IMG/VR virus record: IMGVR_UViG_3300042309_001504
Coordinates: 32,001-96,000 of that record
DNA from: a virus
Reading direction: 5' to 3' (one strand)
DNA: 64,000 nucleotides
The position numbers and the translations under genes were made by a program. The notes under the pieces were generated by a model, which searched no databases, was not told where the DNA came from, and was given only the letters and a program-made list of their open reading frames with translations. This document shows, one piece after another, positions 39,474 through 48,735 of the stretch. Numbering within the stretch: position 1 is the stretch's first letter; each line of letters begins with the position of its first letter.

Positions 39474-40049
39474 TCAGCCGGTTTTTGGCTTATAATCATT
39501 GTTTGTAACAGGTAGTAAAGCCCCGCCTTTGTAAGTTAATTGACCGGGTGCTGAACGTGTTGGATTAGCAGCATTATCTGTTGCTAAAGTATCAACAGCG
39601 ACAACAGGAAAGCCAGCATCAAATTCACCAGTATACTCATTGTATTTGCCTGCTCTAATAGCAGCAGTATATCTGCGTGTTCTTAATGTTTCAAGTTTAT
39701 GAATACTACGAACATTAGCTGGAACAGCAGCACCACTGAGTAACACAGTATTACTAACGCCAGATAAACTATCTGTTAGTCTTTTTGCAACGGGCGATTG
39801 ATTGTTGTATGCAAAAGTACCAGCAGATAATGCTTCGTCTGCCCAATCATTATCTAATACTGTTGATCCAAAAACTGTTTCGTTGGTTCTGTACACATCA
39901 ACATTGTCTAATAAATTTGATGCTACTGTGCCACCTCTTGTAACAGCACCGCCGTTACCACCAGCACCACTACCAGTTGCATTTGGCGGAACTGTATCGT
40001 AATCGGTGCCATCGGATGCTTTAGCAGCTACTATTTGTGAAATAGCCAT
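39474..40049 (-). CDS. Probable abundant virion protein
   Basis: Ala/Gly/Thr-rich; has its own candidate promoter, GGAG RBS and terminator. Confidence 0.55.
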   Translation of the reverse strand: MAISQIVAAKASDGTDYDTVPPNATGSGAGGNGGAVTRGGTVASNLLDNVDVYRTNETVFGSTVLDNDWADEALSAGTFAYNNQSPVAKRLTDSLSGVSNTVLLSGAAVPANVRSIHKLETLRTRRYTAAIRAGKYNEYTGEFDAGFPVVAVDTLATDNAANPTRSAPGQLTYKGGALLPVTNNDYKPKTG

Positions 40050-40083
40050 TTTTATCTCCACATAAGGTTATAAGGAAGTTATA

Positions 40084-40095
40084 TTAGCATACACA
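40084..40095 (-). promoter_or_regulatory. GTGTATRYTA motif, candidate late promoter
   Basis: TGTGTATGCTAA in the intergenic gap. Confidence 0.5.
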
Positions 40096-40118
40096 ATTTT
40101 GTAATAAAAAACAAAAAT

Positions 40119-40568
40119 TTACCCAAAAACAGTTTCCCAGGCTGTTTTTAAAGAGGAGATTTGGTTATTACTATCATTATATTTTAATATATCACACCAT
40201 ATTTGATTATTTTTGATGGGTATAGCTTTATTGATTTTTAGCGCATCGTCTGCGTATAAAATCATTAATAGTGGATTTATATTGATAATCTTTGATTGAT
40301 TAATAGATCCTAGGTCATTAACAAATGATTGATCATATGTTTCATGAGATATAAATAATCTATGATATGATAGATTTTTAACATAATCTAAAATACAATA
40401 TAAATTTAAAAACATATGGTCATATAATGATCCATTTGGTTGTTCTAAGATATGATCAATAATTCTGAGATCCACTAACTCTGTCTTAATACATGATATA
40501 TGAATTATATTTTTATATGTGTTATTATATCCAGAGGTTAGAATTATTCTATAATCACTTTGATTCAT
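40119..40568 (-). CDS. Hypothetical protein
   Basis: 149-aa ORF overlapping the upstream gene. Confidence 0.5.
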   Translation of the reverse strand: MNQSDYRIILTSGYNNTYKNIIHISCIKTELVDLRIIDHILEQPNGSLYDHMFLNLYCILDYVKNLSYHRLFISHETYDQSFVNDLGSINQSKIININPLLMILYADDALKINKAIPIKNNQIWCDILKYNDSNNQISSLKTAWETVFG

Positions 40569-41367
40569 ATTTTATATTAGTAAATATTTGATTATCTGCT
40601 AATTCATAAACATATTCTTTATATGAATTATTTAGAAACCAATTGATAATTAGTTCTTTGTCTGTAATTTGATTTACAATTCCATGAGTATTATTACTAA
40701 TATTAAAAACTTTATTATATTTTTTATATATGAAGATATATGAACTCTGTAAAGAACCACCAGATGTTTCTTCTATCCAAACTAAATTAAAATCTTTGGT
40801 AAAGATACTATATTTATTATCTTGTGTGCTTCTTGTATTATATGTAATCAAATGATTATTAGTATAAAAGGTGTTATTCGTAATAGATTCTATTAAAGAT
40901 TTTTTTGTTAAGAATATTTGTTTAATTTTTGAATTTTGAATAAAATTATTATTAATATCTATCTCATATATTGGTTTAACATTAACATAATCTATAGATT
41001 GATTGACTAAATGGTCTATTGTGTTTTTAGCATATAGCGGAAGATATATGTTATTGCCGCTAATAGGGGCATAAAAATTAAAATTAATTAACTTATATTC
41101 TTTTACTAATTCAATGTGATCTGATAAAACTGATGTATTGATTATAAACAATTTTTTATTATTGATATAGTCTATAAAATAGTTTTCTAATAAAAATAAT
41201 AGTTTTTGATGAATATTATTATGTTCGGTATGATTTTCTAAATTAAAAAACACAACACAGTAAGGATCAATATCTTTTTGAGCAAAAATTGAGAATATAG
41301 TTTTTATAAATAAATTTGGTTGCTCTCCATTATTTTTTAATATAAACAATACTTTATTTGCTGTCAT
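40555..41367 (-). CDS. Hypothetical protein (possibly degenerate GT-A-like)
   Basis: 270 aa, Asn/Ile-rich; KTIFSIFAQ segment resembles GT2 N-termini. Confidence 0.45.
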   Translation of the reverse strand: MTANKVLFILKNNGEQPNLFIKTIFSIFAQKDIDPYCVVFFNLENHTEHNNIHQKLLFLLENYFIDYINNKKLFIINTSVLSDHIELVKEYKLINFNFYAPISGNNIYLPLYAKNTIDHLVNQSIDYVNVKPIYEIDINNNFIQNSKIKQIFLTKKSLIESITNNTFYTNNHLITYNTRSTQDNKYSIFTKDFNLVWIEETSGGSLQSSYIFIYKKYNKVFNISNNTHGIVNQITDKELIINWFLNNSYKEYVYELADNQIFTNIKYESK

Positions 41368-42667
41368 AATAATCTATGGAATCTATATTAATTTTTTGTC
41401 CATATCCTTGATTTTTATAGTATGGTATAATTACACAATGATGAGGTAATTTTTCTATTCCAATATTTTTTGTCCATACCAAATTATTTTTAATAATATA
41501 TACAATATCATCATTTTTAAGATCGGCTCTATATAACAGTTTATTCATATTATCTTCTATACACAAAGTAATAAATTCAATATTAGGATTTATATATGAT
41601 AGGAATGATTGATCAAATTGAATATTTATTCTTTTTTTTAGTAATAGATTCGATTTGAATTCTTCTTCGGACATTATGTATGCAAAAGGACTGTCATTTC
41701 TAGAATTAAAAGTATACTTATGAATATCTTTTGTTGCAAAATTAACCCCACTATATAGCTCATATTCATGTAAACTTCTTTTTGAACCCAATCCATATTG
41801 GCCAAAATTGATATTATTTTTTTCCATACCCAAAAGTTTTCTAACTCTTTCTTTAGCTTTAGATCCTCTTTGTTCCGCACTAATAACGAATCCATTACCG
41901 TTTTGATGATTATCCCAGTGTTTATGCTCTTGTGGTCTTAAATAAAAATGCCAAACTATAGGAAATAGAGGATGGAAAAAATCATAACCATGAGTATATG
42001 CCCTAGCACTTAAAGATATTTCCTCTCCCCTAAAATAAAGATTAGGATCATATATACATTCTTTACAAAATTTTCCTAATGTAAATATAAAATGCCCAGA
42101 TAAAAATCTAGCTGGAATTGTTGTTTGACCAATAGATTGTAGCATTGACGATTGTCTAACTACTAAGGGTCTAAAAATTAGATCTCCATCTTCTGTAAAA
42201 GTATCAAAAGAATTAATCTGAATACATCCAGGATCACAAGTATTATCTAGTCTATATCCCGGACCATATCCACCAATAATTGGTTTATCAAATCCTTCGC
42301 TATGCTTTTTTTCCATCATATCTATTAAGATAGAATCCCATTGCTCAACAAACCTATGATGAGAATCTAGTTGTAAATAATAGCATTGATCATTAAATAA
42401 TTTTTGCTGTATGTTGTATCTTGCCCAACATGTACCTTGACTATCTCTCCAATCATGGAAATCAATAGATAAATTGATATTATATTCTTTTTTAAGATGT
42501 TTTAATTTATATAGCTGTTCTTTAGTGTCCTGTAAACATATACCAAAATGTAATTTAGACTTTTTATCACTTTTTTTATAACAGTCTATAATTGATGGTA
42601 TAAGTTCTGGATCTCTGTATGATGCTATACTAATAAAAATAGTATTATTGGATTTTGTCTGTTTCAT
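41354..42667 (-). CDS. GT60-family polypeptide alpha-GlcNAc transferase-like protein
   Basis: TIFISIASYRDPEL, GTCWAR, YYLQLDSHHRF (DxH), YDPNLYFRGEEI and RAYTHGYD motifs. Confidence 0.8.
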   Translation of the reverse strand: MKQTKSNNTIFISIASYRDPELIPSIIDCYKKSDKKSKLHFGICLQDTKEQLYKLKHLKKEYNINLSIDFHDWRDSQGTCWARYNIQQKLFNDQCYYLQLDSHHRFVEQWDSILIDMMEKKHSEGFDKPIIGGYGPGYRLDNTCDPGCIQINSFDTFTEDGDLIFRPLVVRQSSMLQSIGQTTIPARFLSGHFIFTLGKFCKECIYDPNLYFRGEEISLSARAYTHGYDFFHPLFPIVWHFYLRPQEHKHWDNHQNGNGFVISAEQRGSKAKERVRKLLGMEKNNINFGQYGLGSKRSLHEYELYSGVNFATKDIHKYTFNSRNDSPFAYIMSEEEFKSNLLLKKRINIQFDQSFLSYINPNIEFITLCIEDNMNKLLYRADLKNDDIVYIIKNNLVWTKNIGIEKLPHHCVIIPYYKNQGYGQKINIDSIDYYDSK

Positions 42668-43301
42668 AAAACATTTTTAATGCATTTAAATTTTTAAATC
42701 TTATACCATGAATTTTATTTTTTAATAAATCTATTATATGTGTTTTTAACCAGATATCAGCAGTAGAAATACATTTTATATTGGTTTTATTATTTAGATA
42801 AACACAAGCAATCATATTATCGCTAATATTATCTAACATATAGCCAGTTGAAGGATAAACCCTTTTAATATTTAAGTTAAATAATATTTCAGCAATTTTA
42901 CTTAAAAAGATATAATCAAACTTTCTATATTCCAAAATATAATTTATTTCTACATTATTAGATAAGCATAAATCATAATTCATTCGTATATCTTCTCTAA
43001 ACTTATCATATTTTTTATTTATTAATAAGAGTGTTGGCAGCACCATATCTATTTTTTGTGCTCCATTTTTTATAGCATTTTCTATCTCGTTCCTACGACT
43101 AGAATAATCCAAAATTCCTAATGGGTAATCTATTGGACAGCATATTTTAGTATTACTTTCACCTATAATTTTTTTAGCTAATTTAGTATAGTATGGCAAT
43201 ACTGATATATAATCTAAGTTATATTCTTTGATAAGATTTAATATATTTTTAATATCTATATCTTTAGTATCTACATCATGAAGTGCGAATTCTAGTAGCA
43301 T
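42645..43301 (-). CDS. Deoxyribose-phosphate aldolase (DeoC)-like protein, catalytic Lys apparently lost
   Basis: PIDYPLG, E...AIKNGAQKIDMV and YILE motifs; KTSTG appears as YPSTG. Confidence 0.7.
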   Translation of the reverse strand: MLLEFALHDVDTKDIDIKNILNLIKEYNLDYISVLPYYTKLAKKIIGESNTKICCPIDYPLGILDYSSRRNEIENAIKNGAQKIDMVLPTLLLINKKYDKFREDIRMNYDLCLSNNVEINYILEYRKFDYIFLSKIAEILFNLNIKRVYPSTGYMLDNISDNMIACVYLNNKTNIKCISTADIWLKTHIIDLLKNKIHGIRFKNLNALKMFYETDKIQ

Positions 43302-43971
43302 TTTTTTTACGCTTATGTTTTAGGCTATCTACAGTAGGATATTCTTTTGAACCCAAAACACCATCAGCAAAACCATAATATATCGCTTCTGCTGCATCAA
43401 GTATCCAATCGGACTTATTTGCTAATTGAGATAGAATATGTTTTTTTATCATCATTTTTTTCCAATTCTTTTCTTCTGCTATGGGACTATCCAAGCATTT
43501 TTCCGTAAAAATATCTATCATTTTATCTGTTTCTTTTGCACTCCATTCAAGACTACTCATTGCTGCTTTATGTTCATTATCTATACTAAGAGATCCATAA
43601 TGAATTAGAACATGCGTATTAGGCATAAGAATTCTTTTATGAGCAGCTTGTAATAATACGCTACTAGCTGACTCTACTTTAGAGTATGCTAATATTGTTA
43701 TAGGACTTTGGCTAAATCGAATAGTATCGAACATTCCCAAACAATCCTCCCATACTCCACCAGGTAAATGCATATGTATTAATATTGGATCGTTTGATAT
43801 AAGATTTAAATATCTAATATTTTTTTCCAATCTACAGGCTGCTCTAAAATCTGTACCAGACTCCTCATCGCTATCTAATGAAGAATGTAAATATATTTCT
43901 CTATTCATAACATCAATATTAAAATCATGTAATATCTGTATATAGTTTTCGTTATTTATATTTGTATTCAT
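43276..43971 (-). CDS. clpP: ClpP-like protease
   Basis: REIYL, PGG, ESASS (Ser), LIHYG (His) and DWILDAAEAIYYGFAD (Asp). Confidence 0.85.
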   Translation of the reverse strand: MNTNINNENYIQILHDFNIDVMNREIYLHSSLDSDEESGTDFRAACRLEKNIRYLNLISNDPILIHMHLPGGVWEDCLGMFDTIRFSQSPITILAYSKVESASSVLLQAAHKRILMPNTHVLIHYGSLSIDNEHKAAMSSLEWSAKETDKMIDIFTEKCLDSPIAEEKNWKKMMIKKHILSQLANKSDWILDAAEAIYYGFADGVLGSKEYPTVDSLKHKRKKNATRIRTS

Positions 43972-44365
43972 TTATATAATCATATAATTTATTATTGATT
44001 AGACGCATAACACTAGAATCAGAAAATACTTTACCAATACCTATTCTGAACCTATATCTTGTAAAAACATCCAAAGTTTCTACTCCGTCTGTAGACTCTA
44101 TAATATTTGCTATTGATGCAGAAATTGAGAAGTTGGTGTGGCCTATCCAAAGATTAAAATTTTTCAAACATATATTTGCTGAATTATATGGTAGTATCCC
44201 CATAGGAGTAAGCATAACCAATTGTTTAGATATATCATTAGTAGAAGTATGATTATCATCATCCGATAAATCATCCTCAAATGTATCATCATTATCTTCT
44301 TGACTATCTAATTCATCAATAATTTCATCCTGCCATTTTTGCCATATTATCGCTGGATCTTCCAT
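43952..44365 (-). CDS. Acidic hypothetical protein
   Basis: Asp-rich N-terminus; FNLWIGHTNF..GVETL..TRYRFRIGIG. Confidence 0.65.
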   Translation of the reverse strand: MEDPAIIWQKWQDEIIDELDSQEDNDDTFEDDLSDDDNHTSTNDISKQLVMLTPMGILPYNSANICLKNFNLWIGHTNFSISASIANIIESTDGVETLDVFTRYRFRIGIGKVFSDSSVMRLINNKLYDYINEYKYK

Positions 44366-44380
44366 AATTAAATTTACCTT

Positions 44381-44800
44381 TTATTTAGTATTATAATACT
44401 TGGAAAACACTTCTATGGGTCTTATTAATGGCGCATTAAGATGTTTTTCTTTTGCTTGATTTTCTTTTTCTTTTTCTAAGATTGTCCAATATTTAATAAT
44501 ATCATTACTAAATTGAGTATATTCTTTATTAGATCCAATATCTTCTATAATAAGCTTTGCTATATTGTATGTCACATGTTCGGAATTAATAGTATTTAAA
44601 AAATATGCAATTTTTTCAGTATATAAATTATATTTTTCAATAGAATTTATTTCTAAATTATCAAATTCAATAAAAACATCCATATCAAAATCATTAGATA
44701 AAGATAATTCTATTTTACAAATTTTATTGTTGATTGTTTTTTGTGGTATAGTATTATTTTTATTAAAAAATTTATTATACCAATGTTTTATTGATAACAT
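44381..44800 (-). CDS. Hypothetical protein
   Basis: 139-aa ORF in the operon. Confidence 0.55.
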   Translation of the reverse strand: MLSIKHWYNKFFNKNNTIPQKTINNKICKIELSLSNDFDMDVFIEFDNLEINSIEKYNLYTEKIAYFLNTINSEHVTYNIAKLIIEDIGSNKEYTQFSNDIIKYWTILEKEKENQAKEKHLNAPLIRPIEVFSKYYNTK

Positions 44801-45203
44801 GATCTATTAATAAATTAAGATTTTTATCTCTAGTAAATCCAACAATATCAGAATCATAAATTAGTTTTATCCAATGTGTATTTTTTGTATTATTTTTTTC
44901 CATAATACCACCACAAGTAATCAATAATATATTATTTTTATCATAATTATTAATGATAGATTCCAAATAATTAATCGAAAAACTATTTTGCAAGCATATT
45001 ACATCTATATCGCATTCTTCATTAAATTGAAACGATGATGTATCAAAAAAATGACGAACATGATATCTAATTTCATCGTCTAAATATGCGATATTATCTA
45101 TTTTCAGAAACGGAAGTTTAATTTGTGAGGGATCTGTTGATAAACAGTATGTATTATTTCCATCTGAAGTTAATATAATAAATAGACTATAAATCGAAGT
45201 CAT
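44775..45203 (-). CDS. Hypothetical protein
   Basis: 142 aa; ATGA overlap with the sigma gene. Confidence 0.55.
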   Translation of the reverse strand: MTSIYSLFIILTSDGNNTYCLSTDPSQIKLPFLKIDNIAYLDDEIRYHVRHFFDTSSFQFNEECDIDVICLQNSFSINYLESIINNYDKNNILLITCGGIMEKNNTKNTHWIKLIYDSDIVGFTRDKNLNLLIDHVINKTLV

Positions 45204-45778
45204 GTTAATATTTCTCTTAATTTTTTAATACTGTTTTTTATGGTTTGCCTAACGGCCTCCCTTGTTATATTAAAATGATCTCCAATTTCTTGTAATGTAT
45301 AATCTTCTATATAATACATTCTTAATTGTTGTTTTTGTCTATCGTTTAGTATGTTAGAATTAAAGATCATTTCAACTAATTCATTAGTTAGTTCAAGATT
45401 TTCATCATTAATAATATTATCTAATGGCTGAATTTCTGATTCATCAATAATTAGCTTATCGTAAGTATTATCGTCTTCTTTTATATAATTATCTATAGAT
45501 AATAATGATCTACCTTTTCCTTTTTTAGTTAAATATGTTTGTATCGCCCATATAGCACACTGATTACGATAAGAATAACGCGTTTTTTTCTTTCCTGTTA
45601 TTTTTCCAACTCTATCATTATCATATTTCCAATCGGCTACCATAATAGCATGAGCAACATCAGCAACAACATCTTCGTTCTTTAACATATTTTTTGCCGA
45701 TGCTTTTCCGAACTTGCTAATAATTTTTTTAGCCAAATTAAGATATGAAGACAGATTATCATACTGAACTGTTTGCAT
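45200..45778 (-). CDS. Sigma70-family RNA polymerase sigma factor-like protein
   Basis: Region-2-like helix (LAKKII...DVAHAIMVADWKYD) and region-4 HTH YTLQEIGDHFNITREAVRQ. Confidence 0.8.
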   Translation of the reverse strand: MQTVQYDNLSSYLNLAKKIISKFGKASAKNMLKNEDVVADVAHAIMVADWKYDNDRVGKITGKKKTRYSYRNQCAIWAIQTYLTKKGKGRSLLSIDNYIKEDDNTYDKLIIDESEIQPLDNIINDENLELTNELVEMIFNSNILNDRQKQQLRMYYIEDYTLQEIGDHFNITREAVRQTIKNSIKKLREILT

Positions 45779-45795
45779 TATTGTCCTTTCAAAAA

Positions 45796-45823
45796 ATCCT
45801 AGGTAATTATTTTATTTAGTCAA
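45796..45823 (-). promoter_or_regulatory. Sigma70-type promoter for the phage sigma gene
   Basis: TTGACT, 16-nt spacer, TAGGAT, followed by an AAGGA RBS. Confidence 0.6.
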
Positions 45824-46303
45824 TTTTTTCCATTGTTTTGGATCTGGACGATCAGGATCTCCGGGTTTAGCTGGTTTATATTTTTTGCCTTCTCTTTCTT
45901 TTTTTCTACGAATATTTTCCCATAATCCCGGAAGATTCTTGGACGCCTCTGCTCCTTCTGTATCGGTTTCACTCTCTCCAAACATGAGAAAATTGTGAAT
46001 AGTCAATACATAATCCTCTGTGACAGCAATTTTACCCTGTAACCAGCTTTCTGTCAATCTATCTTTTACATCGCCTCGTTCTACTGCATCAACAACCGCT
46101 TGAGCATGTTGTGCTATAGATTTTAATGAGCCAAGACTCATTTGATAATAATCATATTTATATTCCATCAGTTCCATTTCTGGGCTTTCTTTTTCCATCT
46201 CTTCTACTTCAGTAAAATCCATATCTTCTGCTTTATTATTTTTGATACCAAGTTTATCTATTATTTGATCTTGAATACTATTAAGTAATTTTTTATAATT
46301 CAT
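45812..46303 (-). CDS. Hypothetical protein, acidic core and basic tail
   Basis: ESWLQGKIAVTEDY; C-terminal GLWENIRRKK..KPGDPDRP; AAGGA RBS. Confidence 0.7.
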   Translation of the reverse strand: MNYKKLLNSIQDQIIDKLGIKNNKAEDMDFTEVEEMEKESPEMELMEYKYDYYQMSLGSLKSIAQHAQAVVDAVERGDVKDRLTESWLQGKIAVTEDYVLTIHNFLMFGESETDTEGAEASKNLPGLWENIRRKKEREGKKYKPAKPGDPDRPDPKQWKKLTK

Positions 46304-46316
46304 ATTACATTCCTTT

Positions 46317-46949
46317 TTATAATTTTTGAAAATATGCGTGATATACATTACTAAACGTAGGCTTGATACAAAAAGTATTAAGTTTTTCTTTTTTATCTGC
46401 TAAAAATTCATTTGTCGCTTGTTTTGCTCCAGGAAACTGATTATAATCATAATCATCTATAACACATATCGCCCCGCTAACTAATCTTGGATATATATGT
46501 TCTAAAGGAATTTTTATAGAATCATAAAGATCCCCATCTAGATGAGCATAACAAATTTTATTTGGTAAATTAGTTGGAATAGTTTCATTAAACCATCCAG
46601 CAAATATTTGCTTCTTAATATTAAAAATAGATAAATTATTAATTAAGATATCTTGTGTGGTCGCAAAATCTCCACGTTTATGAACTGTTGTGTGAGGCTG
46701 GTCGTTTTCATGAAATTCTGGTAGTCCACTAAAAGAGTCATATAAATATAGTGTTTTATCTACACCACAGTCTTCTAAAACAGCAGCCAATATTTGTGTT
46801 GAATTACCAACAAAACATCCACATTCTACTATATCTCCATCAATATTCTTATCTAAAACACGAGATAGTAAATGATAGTGATTTAATTTTCTAATAGGAC
46901 ACATTATACCAGTATTTTTAGCTAAAATGTTTGTAATTTTATTATTCAT
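46317..46949 (-). CDS. TylF/MycF-family O-methyltransferase
   Basis: GDIVECG, YDSFSGLP, GWFNETIP, HLDGDLYDS and IDDY motifs. Confidence 0.9.
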   Translation of the reverse strand: MNNKITNILAKNTGIMCPIRKLNHYHLLSRVLDKNIDGDIVECGCFVGNSTQILAAVLEDCGVDKTLYLYDSFSGLPEFHENDQPHTTVHKRGDFATTQDILINNLSIFNIKKQIFAGWFNETIPTNLPNKICYAHLDGDLYDSIKIPLEHIYPRLVSGAICVIDDYDYNQFPGAKQATNEFLADKKEKLNTFCIKPTFSNVYHAYFQKL

Positions 46950-47125
46950 TCTTTTGTATCCGATAATGGTCCACCAGTTATCCAAGCATCACACGTTCTG
47001 TCTTTTGCGCACTTAAAATCAAACGATTCTTTTAGAAGTTCTATTACTTGATTAGTAGAATATCCTTCAACTTGTTGAGCTTGAGCCTTTATTTGATTTT
47101 CAATTAATTCTTTGATCGTTTTCAT
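46946..47125 (-). CDS. 59-aa ORF, possible deletion remnant
   Basis: GGAG RBS; helical N-part joined to FDFKCAKDRTCDAWITGGP. Confidence 0.55.
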   Translation of the reverse strand: MKTIKELIENQIKAQAQQVEGYSTNQVIELLKESFDFKCAKDRTCDAWITGGPLSDTKE

Positions 47126-47141
47126 AATATCTCCATTTAAT

Positions 47142-47666
47142 TTACCAGCTTTTACAAGCCCAATATCTTGCTTTCCATTTTGGCCCAGGATTATCACAAT
47201 TATGTCTTGCTCTAAAACTTTTACGACGCTCAGGAATGTTCTTTTTAATTTTCATATTAGGATCACCGAAATTTACTTTTACAACATTACCTTTATCGTT
47301 TTTAACATAAACACTAAATTTTTTAGGACCATCTGGTGTTCGGAATGGTTTGTTTAGTGTTACTTTTCTTCCTCCTTTTTCAGCAGCGATAGCTATTCCA
47401 TCTTCTGAATATATAGTAATATCTGCTGCTAGATCAACCTCGAATACAAATTCATCCCAATCATCATCCCAAGAACAATTAGATGCTAAAAGATTATATT
47501 GAACTTCTTCTAAAATATTAAAATCACCTTTTGTTCTTGTTTGACCCAAACATATTGCTACTCTTTGTTTTGTGTCAGGATATTCCTTTTTCATGGTTTC
47601 GTTACCCATGCAACGAGAAACGAAGGTGTCTTTTGGTTCTCCTTGTTTGCGATTAGGAATTGGCAT
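47142..47666 (-). CDS. Two-domain hypothetical phage protein
   Basis: MPIP..FVSRCM..QRVAIC domain plus a basic KKFSVYV..VNFGDP..RRKSFRARH..YWAC domain. Confidence 0.75.
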   Translation of the reverse strand: MPIPNRKQGEPKDTFVSRCMGNETMKKEYPDTKQRVAICLGQTRTKGDFNILEEVQYNLLASNCSWDDDWDEFVFEVDLAADITIYSEDGIAIAAEKGGRKVTLNKPFRTPDGPKKFSVYVKNDKGNVVKVNFGDPNMKIKKNIPERRKSFRARHNCDNPGPKWKARYWACKSW

Positions 47667-48735
47667 ATAAACTATCTCCTATAATTTTGGCAGTATTTTG
47701 CCAAGTATACGATTTTGAGGTTTCTAATCCTTTGGGATTATTTCTAATATCTTTGGAATACACCAATCTCATGTACTCGACCATTTGTTCAATTTGTTTT
47801 TTACCTAAAAATGCCCATTCTCCATTTCCAGTAAAAAATTTATCGTCTTTAGCAGCACATAATTGATCGATATCTATTAGATAACTATTTTCTGCGGTAC
47901 AGTATTCTGTATGGGCGGAATAGTTTGTAGTTATAATTGGCTTATTCATAGCCATAACTTCTAATATTTCATTATTCCATCCTTCTGCTCTTGCTGGAAA
48001 AATACCACAATCTGATAAATTAATAATTTGAGCTAAATCTTGATGTGTTTTTTGTCTAGGCAATATTTTTATTTTTGAACCAAGTTTACTCTGAGTATAT
48101 AAATTTTCCCAAATTTTTATTTCTGCACTAGATAGAAAAAAATTATGATTTAACATCCATAGTTCAACATTATCTGTTTCATTAAATGCTGCATTAAACG
48201 CTTCTACTAAAATATCATGTCCTTTTCTTATTTCCCATTTACCAATATTAATAAATACATATTTATTTGGGTCTTTGTTTGTTGATAGTGTGCTTTTAAA
48301 AATTTCACTATTTACGGCTAATGGACTCACAACTATAGGAATAGTAATATTATTATTTTCTAATACTGTTTTTCCCCATTTACTAGCCACAAACACAACA
48401 TCCAGATTATTAATCATATTGATTTCTTGTTTATTTAATTTATTTAATTCAAAAAATATTAATGATCCATATTTACCGCTTCCAATTCTATGAGCTAGAT
48501 CATATTGGTGCCATATTTTTAAACATGGATTATTTTTATCCCAATTAGTGGATGTGTCCTGTAGCATTCTAATTATTTCTTGTCTATCATTTTCTGAATC
48601 TACATCAGCATTACCTATTGGAAATAAATGAATATTGTATCCGTTTTGTTGTAGTCCGCGAAAAATATTATATGAAGATATGCCATATCCTGTACTACTA
48701 GTGATTGGACAGTGCAAATTTATTGTTTTATTCAT
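47653..48735 (-). CDS. GT-B (family 4-like) glycosyltransferase
   Basis: TGYG, IGKWEIRKGHD and RAEGWNNEILEVMAM motifs. Confidence 0.9.
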   Translation of the reverse strand: MNKTINLHCPITSSTGYGISSYNIFRGLQQNGYNIHLFPIGNADVDSENDRQEIIRMLQDTSTNWDKNNPCLKIWHQYDLAHRIGSGKYGSLIFFELNKLNKQEINMINNLDVVFVASKWGKTVLENNNITIPIVVSPLAVNSEIFKSTLSTNKDPNKYVFINIGKWEIRKGHDILVEAFNAAFNETDNVELWMLNHNFFLSSAEIKIWENLYTQSKLGSKIKILPRQKTHQDLAQIINLSDCGIFPARAEGWNNEILEVMAMNKPIITTNYSAHTEYCTAENSYLIDIDQLCAAKDDKFFTGNGEWAFLGKKQIEQMVEYMRLVYSKDIRNNPKGLETSKSYTWQNTAKIIGDSLYANS

